DNA of 63,868 bases, the filler included, from an uncultured Planctomycetales bacterium (GTDB lineage: Bacteria; Omnitrophota; Gorgyraeia; Gygaellales; Profunditerraquicolaceae), in assembly GCA_964487475.1 (NCBI GenBank). It is 4 parts of 4 records of this genome, joined end to end, with 100 filler letters (N's around TTAATTAATTAA, not from the genome) between each part and the next. Parts side by side here need not be neighbours in the genome. Positions count along the whole stretch, not along the records: positions 22,190 to 41,136 come from CAZAPM010000020.1; 3 more parts are not named here. The stretch is one strand, 5' to 3'. A model generated the notes under the pieces. It worked only from the letters and a program-made list of their open reading frames with translations, was not told the DNA's origin and did not search any database. The translations under genes were made by a program, and so were the position numbers. Below are positions 27,288-37,711 of the stretch, piece after piece. Position 1 is the first letter of the stretch. Each line of letters opens with the position of its first letter.

Positions 27288-28799
27288 CTATTTATCCGTC
27301 CTGCGCTCTCCCTTACGTCTCTCTTCGGCGCGTCTTTCTTCGTCCCGTCTTTCCTCTTTACGTCTTTCTTCCCGGCGCCTTTCGACCTGGCTGCGGATGT
27401 CGCAGGCCTTGGCTTCGGAAATATCGAAGGTCATCATGATGAAGATGGCGATCAAAGAGGTCACGATGGGAATGCCGATGTCGCACACCCTCATGTAAAA
27501 GAGCGCCTGCGCGGTCTGATTGGCCCCTAACGCCACATCGAAACCGGTCACATTGAGCAGAATGCCCGCCAGAAGAGAGGCGAGCGCCATGCCCAGTTTC
27601 ACTATCCACCAATACACTGCCCCGTACATCCCCTCCCTGCGGGTGTTGGTCTGAAGCTCGTCAAGGTCGCAAACGTCCGCGATCATGGAGTTGACCAGCG
27701 TAAAGAGCGACCCCAGGCCGAAGGCGATAAAAGGCGCCGAGATCAGGAGGAAATAGGGATTATCCGGGTTATACCCGATCCATTTGAGGGCATACCCGAT
27801 GATCGAGATGGAGATGGTGATGAAAAAAGTGGTCCTCTTCCCGATCCGGGAGGAGAGCCATGTGGTCAGGAAGATCACGCAGAAGGTGCAGATGGAGGTG
27901 ATCGATCCGAACCATCCTAAGAGCGTCCCGCCCTTGGAGTAATCCCCGTGGTAGACATAGAAGAAAATGACGTACGCGGAGAATGCCGAGGCGAGCATGA
28001 ACCCGTTGAATATCAGGAAGGTGATCGCGCAGAGCTTGACGAAAGGCTTACACTTGAGCGTCACCCCGAAACCGCTGAAGAAATCCTTCATCACGTTCCC
28101 GAAGCCTTTCAACTCTTTGGGCTTCGGCAGGCTGCCGAAATGCTCCTTATTGAAGATCGCGGGAAGGATGCCGCCGACCAGGATGAACCCGCCGATGATA
28201 AGGGCGAGGCTTCTGGCTCCGTGGACAATATCCGTGAACATGTTCTTATTGTCCATGATCTTGAAGAACCAGGGCGCCAGCACCCAGGCGAACTGGGCGA
28301 TGAAGTTGCTGGTCCCCTGCAGGCGGGTGCGCTCGTGGTAATCCGGGGTCATTTCATACCCCAGCGCGATCCAGGGGATGGAGTAGAAGGTGAAGGCGAT
28401 CAGAAAAAGCACCTGCACCCCTAAAAATGTCCAGAAATAGAAGGATTCACTGTGCCCGTGGTAAAGCTGGAACATGATCGCGTACAAAAGGCCGGCCGCG
28501 ATAGCTCCGCAGAAGATATAAGGCCTGCGCCTTCCCCATCTGGAGCGGGTATTGTCCGAGGTGTACCCTACGAAGGGATCGATGATGGCGTCAATAATAC
28601 GCGGAATGGTTCCGATAAGGCCGACTAAGGCGGGATTCATCCCTAATCCGAGGTTCAACACGATGACCATCGATCCGAGCGCGGCTGACTGGATGTTGTT
28701 GACCAGGCCTCCGATACTGTATACTGCTTTTTGGACAATAGAAATGCGGTCTTTGCTGGCGGTCTTATGGTGGGTCGTCGGTTCTTTTCCTTGCTGCAT
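27288..28799 (-). CDS. GPH-family (MelB-like) MFS sugar:cation symporter with repeated ERR tail
   Basis: DAIIDP.VG..SD.TRSRWGRRRP, ERT.L, MIADVCD.DE, RREG. Confidence 0.9.
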   Translation of the reverse strand: MQQGKEPTTHHKTASKDRISIVQKAVYSIGGLVNNIQSAALGSMVIVLNLGLGMNPALVGLIGTIPRIIDAIIDPFVGYTSDNTRSRWGRRRPYIFCGAIAAGLLYAIMFQLYHGHSESFYFWTFLGVQVLFLIAFTFYSIPWIALGYEMTPDYHERTRLQGTSNFIAQFAWVLAPWFFKIMDNKNMFTDIVHGARSLALIIGGFILVGGILPAIFNKEHFGSLPKPKELKGFGNVMKDFFSGFGVTLKCKPFVKLCAITFLIFNGFMLASAFSAYVIFFYVYHGDYSKGGTLLGWFGSITSICTFCVIFLTTWLSSRIGKRTTFFITISISIIGYALKWIGYNPDNPYFLLISAPFIAFGLGSLFTLVNSMIADVCDLDELQTNTRREGMYGAVYWWIVKLGMALASLLAGILLNVTGFDVALGANQTAQALFYMRVCDIGIPIVTSLIAIFIMMTFDISEAKACDIRSQVERRREERRKEERRDEERRAEERRKGERRTDK

Positions 28800-28903
28800 T
28801 AACTGCCTCCTCCCCGGTCGAAAATGAGATTTGCCTTAACGATTATACAGGATTTGCATTATAACAAATAATAGCCGCGCACGCAATGCAAAATATTCCG
28901 ATA

Positions 28904-31024
28904 TCAGGGGTTATTTTTCTCGGTGAATATCCCTAAACCGAGCCTCGCCCCCTCACTTACCGCGTCCCGGGATTCCACGGGAACCCCCTCCAGCAACGCC
29001 TCCCGTTGATCCGGAGGCAGATACCGGATCCCGTGGCCAAACCCTGAATAAACCGCCTTTTCAGCGCCCCGGCTGATCTTACGTAAAAGAAATAGGGCAC
29101 GCGACGGGTTGATCCTCCTGGCGCACACTTCCAAACCCAGATTCACCCCCATGCCGAACAATACATACGAACGGTATTCTGCGGGCAAGTCACGGTCTAT
29201 GTACGCCTTCACCGATCCGAGATCGAACTCCGGAAGGAAATAATCATCCTGAAAGTTCGAGACGCTGAATATATCCCTGTGAGCCACATATCCGGCCATG
29301 ATCAACCCGGTATCGCTCGCGTCCAATCCCCTCTGCGTACCGAGAAAATCGAACAGGCGGGAGAAGATACCGCGCATGTTCTCCGAGGTGCGCGGCACCT
29401 CGCTGTGCACGGTATCGATGCCGTATCCCGCCCCGAACAGGAAATCCTTCCTCAACGCTAATCCGGCCTCATCAGACAATGCGCGCAGCGACCCGGGTTC
29501 TCCGCGATATCCGGCCACGACCCCCAGGCACTCAAAAAGAACCCCCTTGTCGACCAAAGGCACCTTTGAGAGCGCATTACTGACCTTCTCCATGATCAGA
29601 TCCCCGTCCTTCTCCCCGTATTTCAGGGAATCTTTGACCTCCGCCTTGAAACGCTGTCTCAAAAGCGCACCCTGATCCTGGCTCAGGATCCCGGCGTAAG
29701 CCGAATACGCGGCAATTACACCCCGGTCCTCGTTCACGAACTGGCCAAGAAGCCGGTCAAAATCACCGGGTGTAGGGCAGTTTCCCGCGCAATCACTGGA
29801 GACGGAACAACAAGAATACCCGAAAACCCTCCCCGGCCCGTAATATTCCGCACGGAACAGGAGATCCGCCGTCGCCCCCGCCGTCACGATCGCCATGACC
29901 GGGCCCAACACGAACCATCCCCGGTTTTTTAACTGGCCGGCAGAGATCGAGATGACCGCAAAGATAAAAGGATAGAGCGATGAGACGTGCCGGATCCTCA
30001 GGTGATGCTTTGTAAAAATGAACCCCAGCAGGAATACGGCAAGAAACACAATCAGCAATCCCGCCGGCCGGACCAGGCGCGGCGCTCCGCCTCTGACGCG
30101 GGAAAACACGATCCCCAAAGAAAGGAGAAAAAACGCAAAATACGCATACTGCACGGTCTTTCCGGCGCCGGTAAAATAGAACAATGACGGGATGAGCTCT
30201 GTGAAAAGCCTTACGCACTTGTGCCAGGCCTCATTCAGCATGGCAATATCATAAAACCTGATCAAAGATCCCTCGTCCTGGATATAGAACCCCTGGAATC
30301 CGTTGCTCAGATTGCTCCAGACCCAGGGCAAAGCACCGATAAGACCGGACAAAAGGAACAATATGAACTTTTTCCTGAAACAAAAAAACCTGTCTTTAAG
30401 GAAAAGGACCAGGAACACCGCGGGAAGCGCCGAAATGAAGATATAATCGATCCAAAAGCTCAGGCCGCACAGCAGTCCCAGCAAGGAAACCGTCCACCCT
30501 GCGAGCCCCTCCCGGTAGTAGATGCGAAAGACAAGCAGCAACGCAAGGATCACGGGCAGCGCAACCGGATGATAATGCGTTCCCCATGCGAACACATTGG
30601 CGCTCGTGAGCAGTGAGGGTGAAGCAATATAAAGCACCGCAAACACCACCGCCTCCCTGTCCCCGAAATACCGCCGCATAAAATAGATCCAGGCGTAATA
30701 GAGGATAAAACCGAGCAGGCATATGAACGCTTTGACCGCAAAAAGGGAACTCCCGAACAATACCATGAAAGGGAACGCAAAAAGGGCGTACATCGCCATC
30801 CCGATCTCATAACTTTCGGCGACATACGTGAACAGCGGTTTCTGGAGGCCTTGGGCGATCTCCCGGGAGATCGCACCGAGAGAGAAATCGAAGGGGTTTA
30901 TCACGCTGTCCGCTGCGAAACATACGAGCAGCAGATTCTTCAGGATGAACACACCGGTCAAAAAGAGCAAGGCGCGCGCCGCCCAGGGGTAGCTTCCGGC
31001 CGGCCGATCGAAAAAGGGTTTCAT
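28904..31024 (-). CDS. Polytopic membrane protein, GT-C (ArnT/PMT-like) with large soluble C-terminal domain
   Basis: About 11-12 hydrophobic segments; context of glycosylation genes. Confidence 0.6.
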   Translation of the reverse strand: MKPFFDRPAGSYPWAARALLFLTGVFILKNLLLVCFAADSVINPFDFSLGAISREIAQGLQKPLFTYVAESYEIGMAMYALFAFPFMVLFGSSLFAVKAFICLLGFILYYAWIYFMRRYFGDREAVVFAVLYIASPSLLTSANVFAWGTHYHPVALPVILALLLVFRIYYREGLAGWTVSLLGLLCGLSFWIDYIFISALPAVFLVLFLKDRFFCFRKKFILFLLSGLIGALPWVWSNLSNGFQGFYIQDEGSLIRFYDIAMLNEAWHKCVRLFTELIPSLFYFTGAGKTVQYAYFAFFLLSLGIVFSRVRGGAPRLVRPAGLLIVFLAVFLLGFIFTKHHLRIRHVSSLYPFIFAVISISAGQLKNRGWFVLGPVMAIVTAGATADLLFRAEYYGPGRVFGYSCCSVSSDCAGNCPTPGDFDRLLGQFVNEDRGVIAAYSAYAGILSQDQGALLRQRFKAEVKDSLKYGEKDGDLIMEKVSNALSKVPLVDKGVLFECLGVVAGYRGEPGSLRALSDEAGLALRKDFLFGAGYGIDTVHSEVPRTSENMRGIFSRLFDFLGTQRGLDASDTGLIMAGYVAHRDIFSVSNFQDDYFLPEFDLGSVKAYIDRDLPAEYRSYVLFGMGVNLGLEVCARRINPSRALFLLRKISRGAEKAVYSGFGHGIRYLPPDQREALLEGVPVESRDAVSEGARLGLGIFTEKNNP

Positions 31025-31037
31025 CCGCTCCTTCACG

Positions 31038-32048
31038 TCATGCACCGGTAATGAACCTTTGCGCAGCCTCAAGGATCGTGGATGGATGATACTGCGCCAG
31101 CAGATTCATCTCAACCAGCACCCCGCTCCGGCAATCCCGGCACGAACGCGAAGCGACGCTGCGGATGCATTCATCCACCCCCTGCCTGAGGATATTCGGG
31201 GTCAGTGTCTCGGGCTCCGACCTGAGGCACGCATGCATATCACCGTTCGGCTCGATCCGGAAAAAAGACCTTCCCGCGACACAACGCAGCCTAACGTCAG
31301 CCGGGGCCATCAAATACTCCAGCGCCGCTTTGGAATTACCGATAGCGCGGCGCGACCTCTTCAAAGCGCGGAGCCTTTCAAACACCCGGAACACCTCGTG
31401 CGGTTCCAAAGAGACAGGGTTCGCCGCACTGCCGAAAAGGACTAACGGAGTCGCAGGCTGGAAGAATACCTTCGCGTTGAACCTCTCCCCGAGGTCCAGC
31501 ACATGTTCGATCCCGCCGGCATTCAAGGAAGTGATCACGGTGCCTATGGTAAGCGGAATGCCCGCCTCGGAGAGCGCACGGCACGCCTCCCGCGCCTGCC
31601 GGTAGGTACCCTGCCCCCTCAACGCATCATGTACCTCCTCCGGGCCGTCAATGGAAACAATGACGCTGTCAGCCTTGCGCAGCACCTCGAGCCTTGACGG
31701 TACGAGCAGGCCGTTTGTCGCGATCGAAGTCCATATCCCCAGATGTTTGCTCAATGCGATGAGCTCTCCCGCATCCTCCCTTAACAGAGGCTCACCGCCC
31801 GTGAACCTGATGATCCTGGTCCCGGCTTCATATAAAGAGATCATGCTCTGCGAGATCTGCTCCGTGGTCAATTCCGGGGCCGGAGCGCGTCTCGAATGAC
31901 AATAGACGCATTCCAGATTACAACGGTGCGTGATACACCATCCGACGCAAAAAGGCACTTTCCGCGGCAAACCCGTAGCCTTCAGGAATCCTGCCGCCAA
32001 CGAAACCTTGCGCCTCAAAGACCTCAGTCCAACAAACCTATCGTTCAT
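31038..32048 (-). CDS. Radical SAM protein with Cys-containing C-terminal extension
   Basis: CNLECVYC, TGGEPL, TNG, SIDG..E.HD..RG. Confidence 0.9.
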   Translation of the reverse strand: MNDRFVGLRSLRRKVSLAAGFLKATGLPRKVPFCVGWCITHRCNLECVYCHSRRAPAPELTTEQISQSMISLYEAGTRIIRFTGGEPLLREDAGELIALSKHLGIWTSIATNGLLVPSRLEVLRKADSVIVSIDGPEEVHDALRGQGTYRQAREACRALSEAGIPLTIGTVITSLNAGGIEHVLDLGERFNAKVFFQPATPLVLFGSAANPVSLEPHEVFRVFERLRALKRSRRAIGNSKAALEYLMAPADVRLRCVAGRSFFRIEPNGDMHACLRSEPETLTPNILRQGVDECIRSVASRSCRDCRSGVLVEMNLLAQYHPSTILEAAQRFITGA

Positions 32049-33478
32049 GTGCGCCTGCCCGCCTTACCGCGGCTCTCGCCATTCGCCGAGAACCATTTCA
32101 CACCCGCCCTGCAGTAACGCAGCAATTCGCCGGCCGAGCGTATGCGTGAAAGCCGGCGCAGCAGGTACGCGGGACGGAAATAGAATTCCCTGTAAAAACG
32201 CTTGACTAAGCCCGTTACCTCTTCGGAGGAAAGCTCCGTCCAGGGGGTGGACGAGAACACCGATTCATCCCGGGTAAGGATATACCGCTGCCAGGGATCG
32301 ATCCCCGTCACACGCTTCACAAGATCATGCAGTCCGGTATTCGGCTTGGCGATGGTACGGCACACCTGAATGTAATCCAGCGGCAGGCTCCTGGCGAAAC
32401 GTATGGCATCCTTGATGCTCTCCCTGGTGTCCCCGGGATTACCCACCATGAAGAACCCCAGGCTCATGATGCCCGCTTCGCGGGTCAACCGCAGCGCCTC
32501 CCTGACCTGCGCTGAAGTGATCCCCTTGGAAACGGCATCCAGCACCTGCTCCGAAGAAGACTCGATACCGTAATAGATCTTGCGGCATCCGGCCGAACGG
32601 ACCGCCGCGAGGAGCTCCCGGTCCACCTGGTCGACCCGGCTCCGGCAGGACCACTCGATATCAAGCCCCCTGCGCACGATCTCCCGGCAAAGGCCGAGCA
32701 CGAATTCCCTGTCAGGAAAGAAAGTCGGGGAGAAAAAATCTATTTCCCTCACCCCGAACTCGCGGTAACACTGTTCGATCTCGCCGATCACGCTTTGCAC
32801 CGACCTAGTGCGGAACGGCAGCCGGGTGATCGCGCAGAATGAACACCCGTACGGACACCCCGTATTCGTCAGCATGACGGTAAAATTCTTCCTCTGGGAG
32901 GTAAAAGAACTGTAGAGATGGTTGGGCAGCAAATGCCTTGCGGGATACGGGTACTCCTCAAAGGGGATGGGAGCGCTCGCGGGAGGATTGACCCTGACCT
33001 CGTCCCCGATGCGGTACACGATCCCGGGGATGCGGTCCACGGCATCGCCCGCCTCGAGCGCCGCAAGGAGCCGGGGAAAAGCGGTGTTCGCCTCCCCGCA
33101 GATCCCGAAATCAAAACAACGGTAGGAAAGGGATTCCTGCGGGTACAGGGTGACGTTGATCCCGCCGACCACGATCACCGCCTTGGTACGGGATCGGAAA
33201 TACTCCGCCCATTCGGCGGCACGATGGAACCAATAGCTGTCTGCCCGGAACCCGATCACGTCGGGCGAGAACTCCTGTATGCGCGCAAGGGCCTGCGCCA
33301 GGGTAAGTTTTAACGCGTTCGCTTCGACGATGAGGACCTGATGGCCGGCTTGCTCGAGGATCGCGGCGACGTACGCCAGGATAATGGGGGGAGCGAGACA
33401 GAACTCCTCGTCGACCACCTTCACGTTCTCGGAAAACCCGCGGTGTCCGAGAGGACAATGCACCAGCGCGATCCTCAT
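32045..33478 (-). CDS. B12-binding radical SAM protein
   Basis: PP..LAY.AA, VGG, GEA, GCPYGCSFC, GIES, FMVG.P; start at ATGA overlap. Confidence 0.92.
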   Translation of the reverse strand: MRIALVHCPLGHRGFSENVKVVDEEFCLAPPIILAYVAAILEQAGHQVLIVEANALKLTLAQALARIQEFSPDVIGFRADSYWFHRAAEWAEYFRSRTKAVIVVGGINVTLYPQESLSYRCFDFGICGEANTAFPRLLAALEAGDAVDRIPGIVYRIGDEVRVNPPASAPIPFEEYPYPARHLLPNHLYSSFTSQRKNFTVMLTNTGCPYGCSFCAITRLPFRTRSVQSVIGEIEQCYREFGVREIDFFSPTFFPDREFVLGLCREIVRRGLDIEWSCRSRVDQVDRELLAAVRSAGCRKIYYGIESSSEQVLDAVSKGITSAQVREALRLTREAGIMSLGFFMVGNPGDTRESIKDAIRFARSLPLDYIQVCRTIAKPNTGLHDLVKRVTGIDPWQRYILTRDESVFSSTPWTELSSEEVTGLVKRFYREFYFRPAYLLRRLSRIRSAGELLRYCRAGVKWFSANGESRGKAGRRT

Positions 33479-34815
33479 TCTGCCATCTCCTGACCGTCCC
33501 CCTCCGCGGCAATCGGCACGGACGGAAGAAGCGCATCGGCGATCCTCTCGGCTAAAAGCAGGTTCCCCTTGCGCGTACAATGTCCGAAGTCGCCCGCAAA
33601 GGCATCTTCAAAATACGCATCATACCCTTCTTTCTCCACTGCCTCCCGGAACGCGCGTTCGTTATCCACAAAGATGATACCGTGGGGATCGTCAAAAAGC
33701 GCGCGCAGTGAAGAGACCTCCCGCATGGGATATTGCACGCATACCATGCGTATTCCCCGCGCGTCTAGCGCGCGCTTCAGCCTGCGGAAATTCTCAGCGG
33801 TATAGGCGGCATATCCGTCGCTGAGCTCCCCGGCCTTCCGGAACCACTGCGTTGCTTCATCATGCCTCCCCTGACGCTGCGCCAAGGCTCCCAACGCACC
33901 GTACACCCTCGCCTTGCCGGGATCGAGTACGGCCGCGTGCTTATATGCCGCTTCGCTTTCGGAAAACCGGCCCATCAGCTCGTACACCCTTGCCAGAAGC
34001 AGCCACGCGTCAAAATATGCCGGATCGGACTTAAGTGCCCGCACAAGAGCCTGCTCGGCCTGGGGATAATCCCCCTCCTCCTGAAAAGTCTTGCCCAGAT
34101 GACGGTACCATTCGGCATGGGTCGGGTTAAGCCTGATCGCCTCGCGCAGCGCTTCCTCAGAACGCCGGAACTCGCCCATTTTGCGGTAACACCTCCCCAG
34201 CAGGCTATAGGCGACGTCGTTTTGAGGATGCTTCGCGATTTCGCTCGCAAGCACTCGCGCCTCCTCATCCAGATTTCCTGCCCTGCGATAAGAGTCCGCG
34301 CGCGCAAGATACCCTCCTGCCCATCCCCCGGCTTCAAGATGGCGGCCAAGAAGGCAGAGAAGCTTGTACACCCTCGAATGCTTCAGCACCGGATTCCTCC
34401 GGGAACGCTGCATATCGCTTCCCCAAGGCATATGCTCACCCCGGTCATTGATCCCCATCATGACAATGACCGCCTGAGGCCGGTACCGCGCCAGATCAGC
34501 CCCGAGCCGGGCCAGGATATCGTCCGATGTTATCCCGCTCACCCCACGGTTCACTACGCTGAATACGATATCATTTCTCCTGCGAGCCAGAACCTCTGCG
34601 AGCATCTGCGGATATCCCCGCTGCGTCGTGGATTCCCCGAGGCAGAGCACGCGGTATGCGCCTTCTTTCCCCAGAGACTCGAGGTTGCGCCTCTCCTGCA
34701 GTGCCAGGATCACCGCACCGCCCATACGCAATCCGGCTTCGAGGAGGAAGATACCGGCACAGAGGCCTGCAAGTATAAGGCCCAGTTTCACCCTAAGGCG
34801 GGTCGCCGGCTTCAT
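33475..34815 (-). CDS. Membrane-anchored SGNH-like protein with inserted TPR repeats
   Basis: TM, CLGESTT, G.SG, MMGIND, TPR repeats, C-terminal FGHCT..GN. Confidence 0.75.
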   Translation of the reverse strand: MKPATRLRVKLGLILAGLCAGIFLLEAGLRMGGAVILALQERRNLESLGKEGAYRVLCLGESTTQRGYPQMLAEVLARRRNDIVFSVVNRGVSGITSDDILARLGADLARYRPQAVIVMMGINDRGEHMPWGSDMQRSRRNPVLKHSRVYKLLCLLGRHLEAGGWAGGYLARADSYRRAGNLDEEARVLASEIAKHPQNDVAYSLLGRCYRKMGEFRRSEEALREAIRLNPTHAEWYRHLGKTFQEEGDYPQAEQALVRALKSDPAYFDAWLLLARVYELMGRFSESEAAYKHAAVLDPGKARVYGALGALAQRQGRHDEATQWFRKAGELSDGYAAYTAENFRRLKRALDARGIRMVCVQYPMREVSSLRALFDDPHGIIFVDNERAFREAVEKEGYDAYFEDAFAGDFGHCTRKGNLLLAERIADALLPSVPIAAEGDGQEMAE

Positions 34816-35738
34816 GCCCCCTCCTTTGCGGGAAGCACCATATGGCCCAGGAACCCGCGCGCGAAGAAAAGCCCGAACAGCGCAGGCAACAGATATTCGG
34901 AGAAAGAGAACAGTATCCCCAGCGCCAGTAATTCCTCCTTTGAACCGTAGGCCTGGTAAAAATAGATGACCGAGCTTTCCCTGACCCCGAGCCCCGCCAC
35001 GGTCACAGGCACCGCCGAGATGAGTGTGACGAGGGGAACGAAAAGGAATGCGGAATATAGCGGTATGGGAACATTGATGCTGCGCGCCAGGAGCACAAAC
35101 ACGAGAATAGGCAGCCCCTGAAAAAGCAAAGAATAACCGGCCAGCGCCAGGTAAGCCTTGAGACCCGCTTTCGGAAACACCAGATACTTCTGCGCCCATG
35201 AAAAACGGCGCAACGGCACCATAAAGAAAGGGACCAGGCAAAGCACGAGGAAACCGGCCAGGGCGAAGGCGTGCCGCAAAGGAAGCGCCGCTGCCTCCTC
35301 GCGCGCCAGGAAGAGCCCGGCGACGACGATCAGGGACAACGCGCAATAATTCATCCACAACCCGAAAAGCATGTACTGCGCACCGGAGAACAACGGCACA
35401 TCGCGGCACCGCTTGAGGTAACACACTTGTGCCAGGAGGTTCACTTTCCCGTAAGGGAGCAGGCTCAACGGCTGGCTGCCCATCTTGATAAGGAACGCCT
35501 CCCGCAGTGAAAGGTGCGTCCCCATCACGGCGATCGATTCCCTGAACCTAAGGGAACCTATCCCCGCGCTCCCGATAAGGGAAAGGGCGCATGCGGCGCT
35601 GAAACCAAAGGGTGCGGCGGAGCGTATCGCGCGCATGATCACCTCGAGCCTGGCTTCCCTCAACAGAAGCCAGAACACGAACAAAGTGCACGCCGTCACC
35701 GCGCTATTGAACAACCATCTCTTTACTCGACTGTCCAT
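34812..35738 (-). CDS. Lysylphosphatidylglycerol synthase TM/flippase-like protein
   Basis: Multiple TM, PVT.AGLGVRE motif. Confidence 0.8.
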   Translation of the reverse strand: MDSRVKRWLFNSAVTACTLFVFWLLLREARLEVIMRAIRSAAPFGFSAACALSLIGSAGIGSLRFRESIAVMGTHLSLREAFLIKMGSQPLSLLPYGKVNLLAQVCYLKRCRDVPLFSGAQYMLFGLWMNYCALSLIVVAGLFLAREEAAALPLRHAFALAGFLVLCLVPFFMVPLRRFSWAQKYLVFPKAGLKAYLALAGYSLLFQGLPILVFVLLARSINVPIPLYSAFLFVPLVTLISAVPVTVAGLGVRESSVIYFYQAYGSKEELLALGILFSFSEYLLPALFGLFFARGFLGHMVLPAKEGA

Positions 35739-35750
35739 ATCATTTCCCGC

Positions 35751-36710
35751 TCAATATTTGAACCCGAACACCCCGAGCAGGCGGCGCACGGTCAGGTCAT
35801 CCACCACGAACGCCGCCACCTGCTTCGCAAAATTCGTCCGCAGGAATTCACACTCCCCGCACACCGGAAGGCCCTCGAACTCCCCCGCCCCGTGCCGGGC
35901 ACGCAGCCGGCGCATCGGTGCCCCGTTCCACACCTCTGCCACGGTCTGTTCGCGCACATCACCCAGCATCGCACGGCAGTGAAAATCGTTGCAGCAGGGC
36001 ACCACCTTTCCGTCGGCGCATATATACATGCTCTTCCAGATGCGCGAACAGCGCACCGCGTTGCCCCGGCGGGGAATGACCCCTCCCGTCACCGCTCCCC
36101 CACGGCTGGAAAAAGGCTTGCACTTGGCAAACGCACCTTCCTTACGCCAGAACGCCTTGAACTCCCCCTCTTCGCCGAGGTTATCCTCCAGCGCGATCAT
36201 CTGCGCGATCACGGTCATACCGCCGCCCTTTTCCCGGTTGATCCGCACCATCCGGCGCGTATTCTCCACCACCGCGCGAAAATCCCCGCCCTTGCGGACC
36301 TTCCCGTACGTCGCCTCGTTCGCCGCGTCGATGCTGACGGTGAGGATGTCCAGCCCTGCCTCAACCAGCCCCCGGCACCTCTCCTCGTCGAGCAGCATCC
36401 CGTTCGTCTGCAGGCTCGTATGGATCCCCGCCTTCTTCGCATACGCGATCATCGGAAAGAGGTCCCCGTGAAGCAGGGATTCCCCCCGGAAAGAAAGGTC
36501 GATGAACTCCGCGGCCCCCTTCACCTGGTCGACGATACTGCGGAAAAGCGCCAACCCCATATCGCAGGGTGCGGCATCCAGCATCTGACGGGGGCACACC
36601 GTACAGCGCAGGTTACAGCGGGTCGTCGCCTCGACCACCAGCGCCGGAGGGATCGCCGGCACATACGCCGATCTTTTCAGGTAACCAGAAAGATGTCCGA
36701 TCCTGTTCAT
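35751..36710 (-). CDS. Radical SAM/SPASM protein, copy 1
   Basis: CNLRCTVC, GE.LL, TNG, C...W, DG.V.PCC.D, IW/VWNG, C..C. Confidence 0.9.
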   Translation of the reverse strand: MNRIGHLSGYLKRSAYVPAIPPALVVEATTRCNLRCTVCPRQMLDAAPCDMGLALFRSIVDQVKGAAEFIDLSFRGESLLHGDLFPMIAYAKKAGIHTSLQTNGMLLDEERCRGLVEAGLDILTVSIDAANEATYGKVRKGGDFRAVVENTRRMVRINREKGGGMTVIAQMIALEDNLGEEGEFKAFWRKEGAFAKCKPFSSRGGAVTGGVIPRRGNAVRCSRIWKSMYICADGKVVPCCNDFHCRAMLGDVREQTVAEVWNGAPMRRLRARHGAGEFEGLPVCGECEFLRTNFAKQVAAFVVDDLTVRRLLGVFGFKY

Positions 36711-37622
36711 ACGTTTCCTTTAATACGCCGGGCCGAACACCCCGAGCAGGCGGCGCACGGTCAGGTCATCCACCACGAACGCCGCCACCTGCTTCGCAAA
36801 ATTCGTCCGCAGGAATTCACACTCCCCGCACACCGGAAGGCCCTCGAACTCCCCCGCCCCGTGCCGGGCACGCAGCCGGCGCATCGGTGCCCCGTTCCAC
36901 ACCTCTGCCACGGTCTGTTCGCGCACATCACCCAGCATCGCACGGCAGTGAAAATCGTTGCAGCAGGGCACCACCTTTCCGTCGGCGCATATATACATGC
37001 TCTTCCAGATGCGCGAACAGCGCACCGCGTTGCCCCGGCGGGGAATGACCCCTCCCGTCACCGCTCCCCCACGGCTGGAAAAAGGCTTGCACTTGGCAAA
37101 CGCACCTTCCTTACGCCAGAACGCCTTGAACTCCCCCTCTTCGCCGAGGTTATCCTCCAGCGCGATCATCTGCGCGATCACGGTCATACCGCCGCCCTTT
37201 TCCCGGTTGATCCGCACCATCCGGCGCGTATTCTCCACCACCGCGCGAAAATCCCCGCCCTTGCGGACCTTCCCGTACGTCGCCTCGTTCGCCGCGTCGA
37301 TGCTGACGGTGAGGATGTCCAGCCCTGCCTCAACCAGCCCCCGGCACCTCTCCTCGTCGAGCAGCATCCCGTTCGTCTGCAGGCTCGTATGGATCCCCGC
37401 CTTCTTCGCATACGCGATCATCGGAAAGAGGTCCCCGTGAAGCAGGGATTCCCCCCGGAAAGAAAGGTCGATGAACTCCGCGGCCCCCTTCACCTGGTCG
37501 ACGATACTGCGGAAAAGCGCCAACCCCATATCGCAGGGTGCGGCATCCAGCATCTGACGGGGGCACACCGTACAGCGCAGGTTACAGCGGGTCGTCGCCT
37601 CGACCACCAGCGCCGGAGGGAT
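35764..37622. repeat. Direct repeat, 2 x 890 bp, period 969
   Basis: 35764-36653 matches 36733-37622; shadow ORFs are identical at offset 969. Confidence 0.92.
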
Positions 37623-37679
37623 GCCGGGCATCGCGGTTGCTCTCGTGAGATAGCGGGAACAATGCCCCCAACGGTTCAT
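36720..37679 (-). CDS. Radical SAM/SPASM protein, copy 2
   Basis: Same core as copy 1 with different termini; 319 aa from MNRWG. Confidence 0.88.
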   Translation of the reverse strand: MNRWGHCSRYLTRATAMPGIPPALVVEATTRCNLRCTVCPRQMLDAAPCDMGLALFRSIVDQVKGAAEFIDLSFRGESLLHGDLFPMIAYAKKAGIHTSLQTNGMLLDEERCRGLVEAGLDILTVSIDAANEATYGKVRKGGDFRAVVENTRRMVRINREKGGGMTVIAQMIALEDNLGEEGEFKAFWRKEGAFAKCKPFSSRGGAVTGGVIPRRGNAVRCSRIWKSMYICADGKVVPCCNDFHCRAMLGDVREQTVAEVWNGAPMRRLRARHGAGEFEGLPVCGECEFLRTNFAKQVAAFVVDDLTVRRLLGVFGPAY

Positions 37680-37711
37680 GATCTTAACGGACACCGCGTA
37701 TCCCCCCTTGT

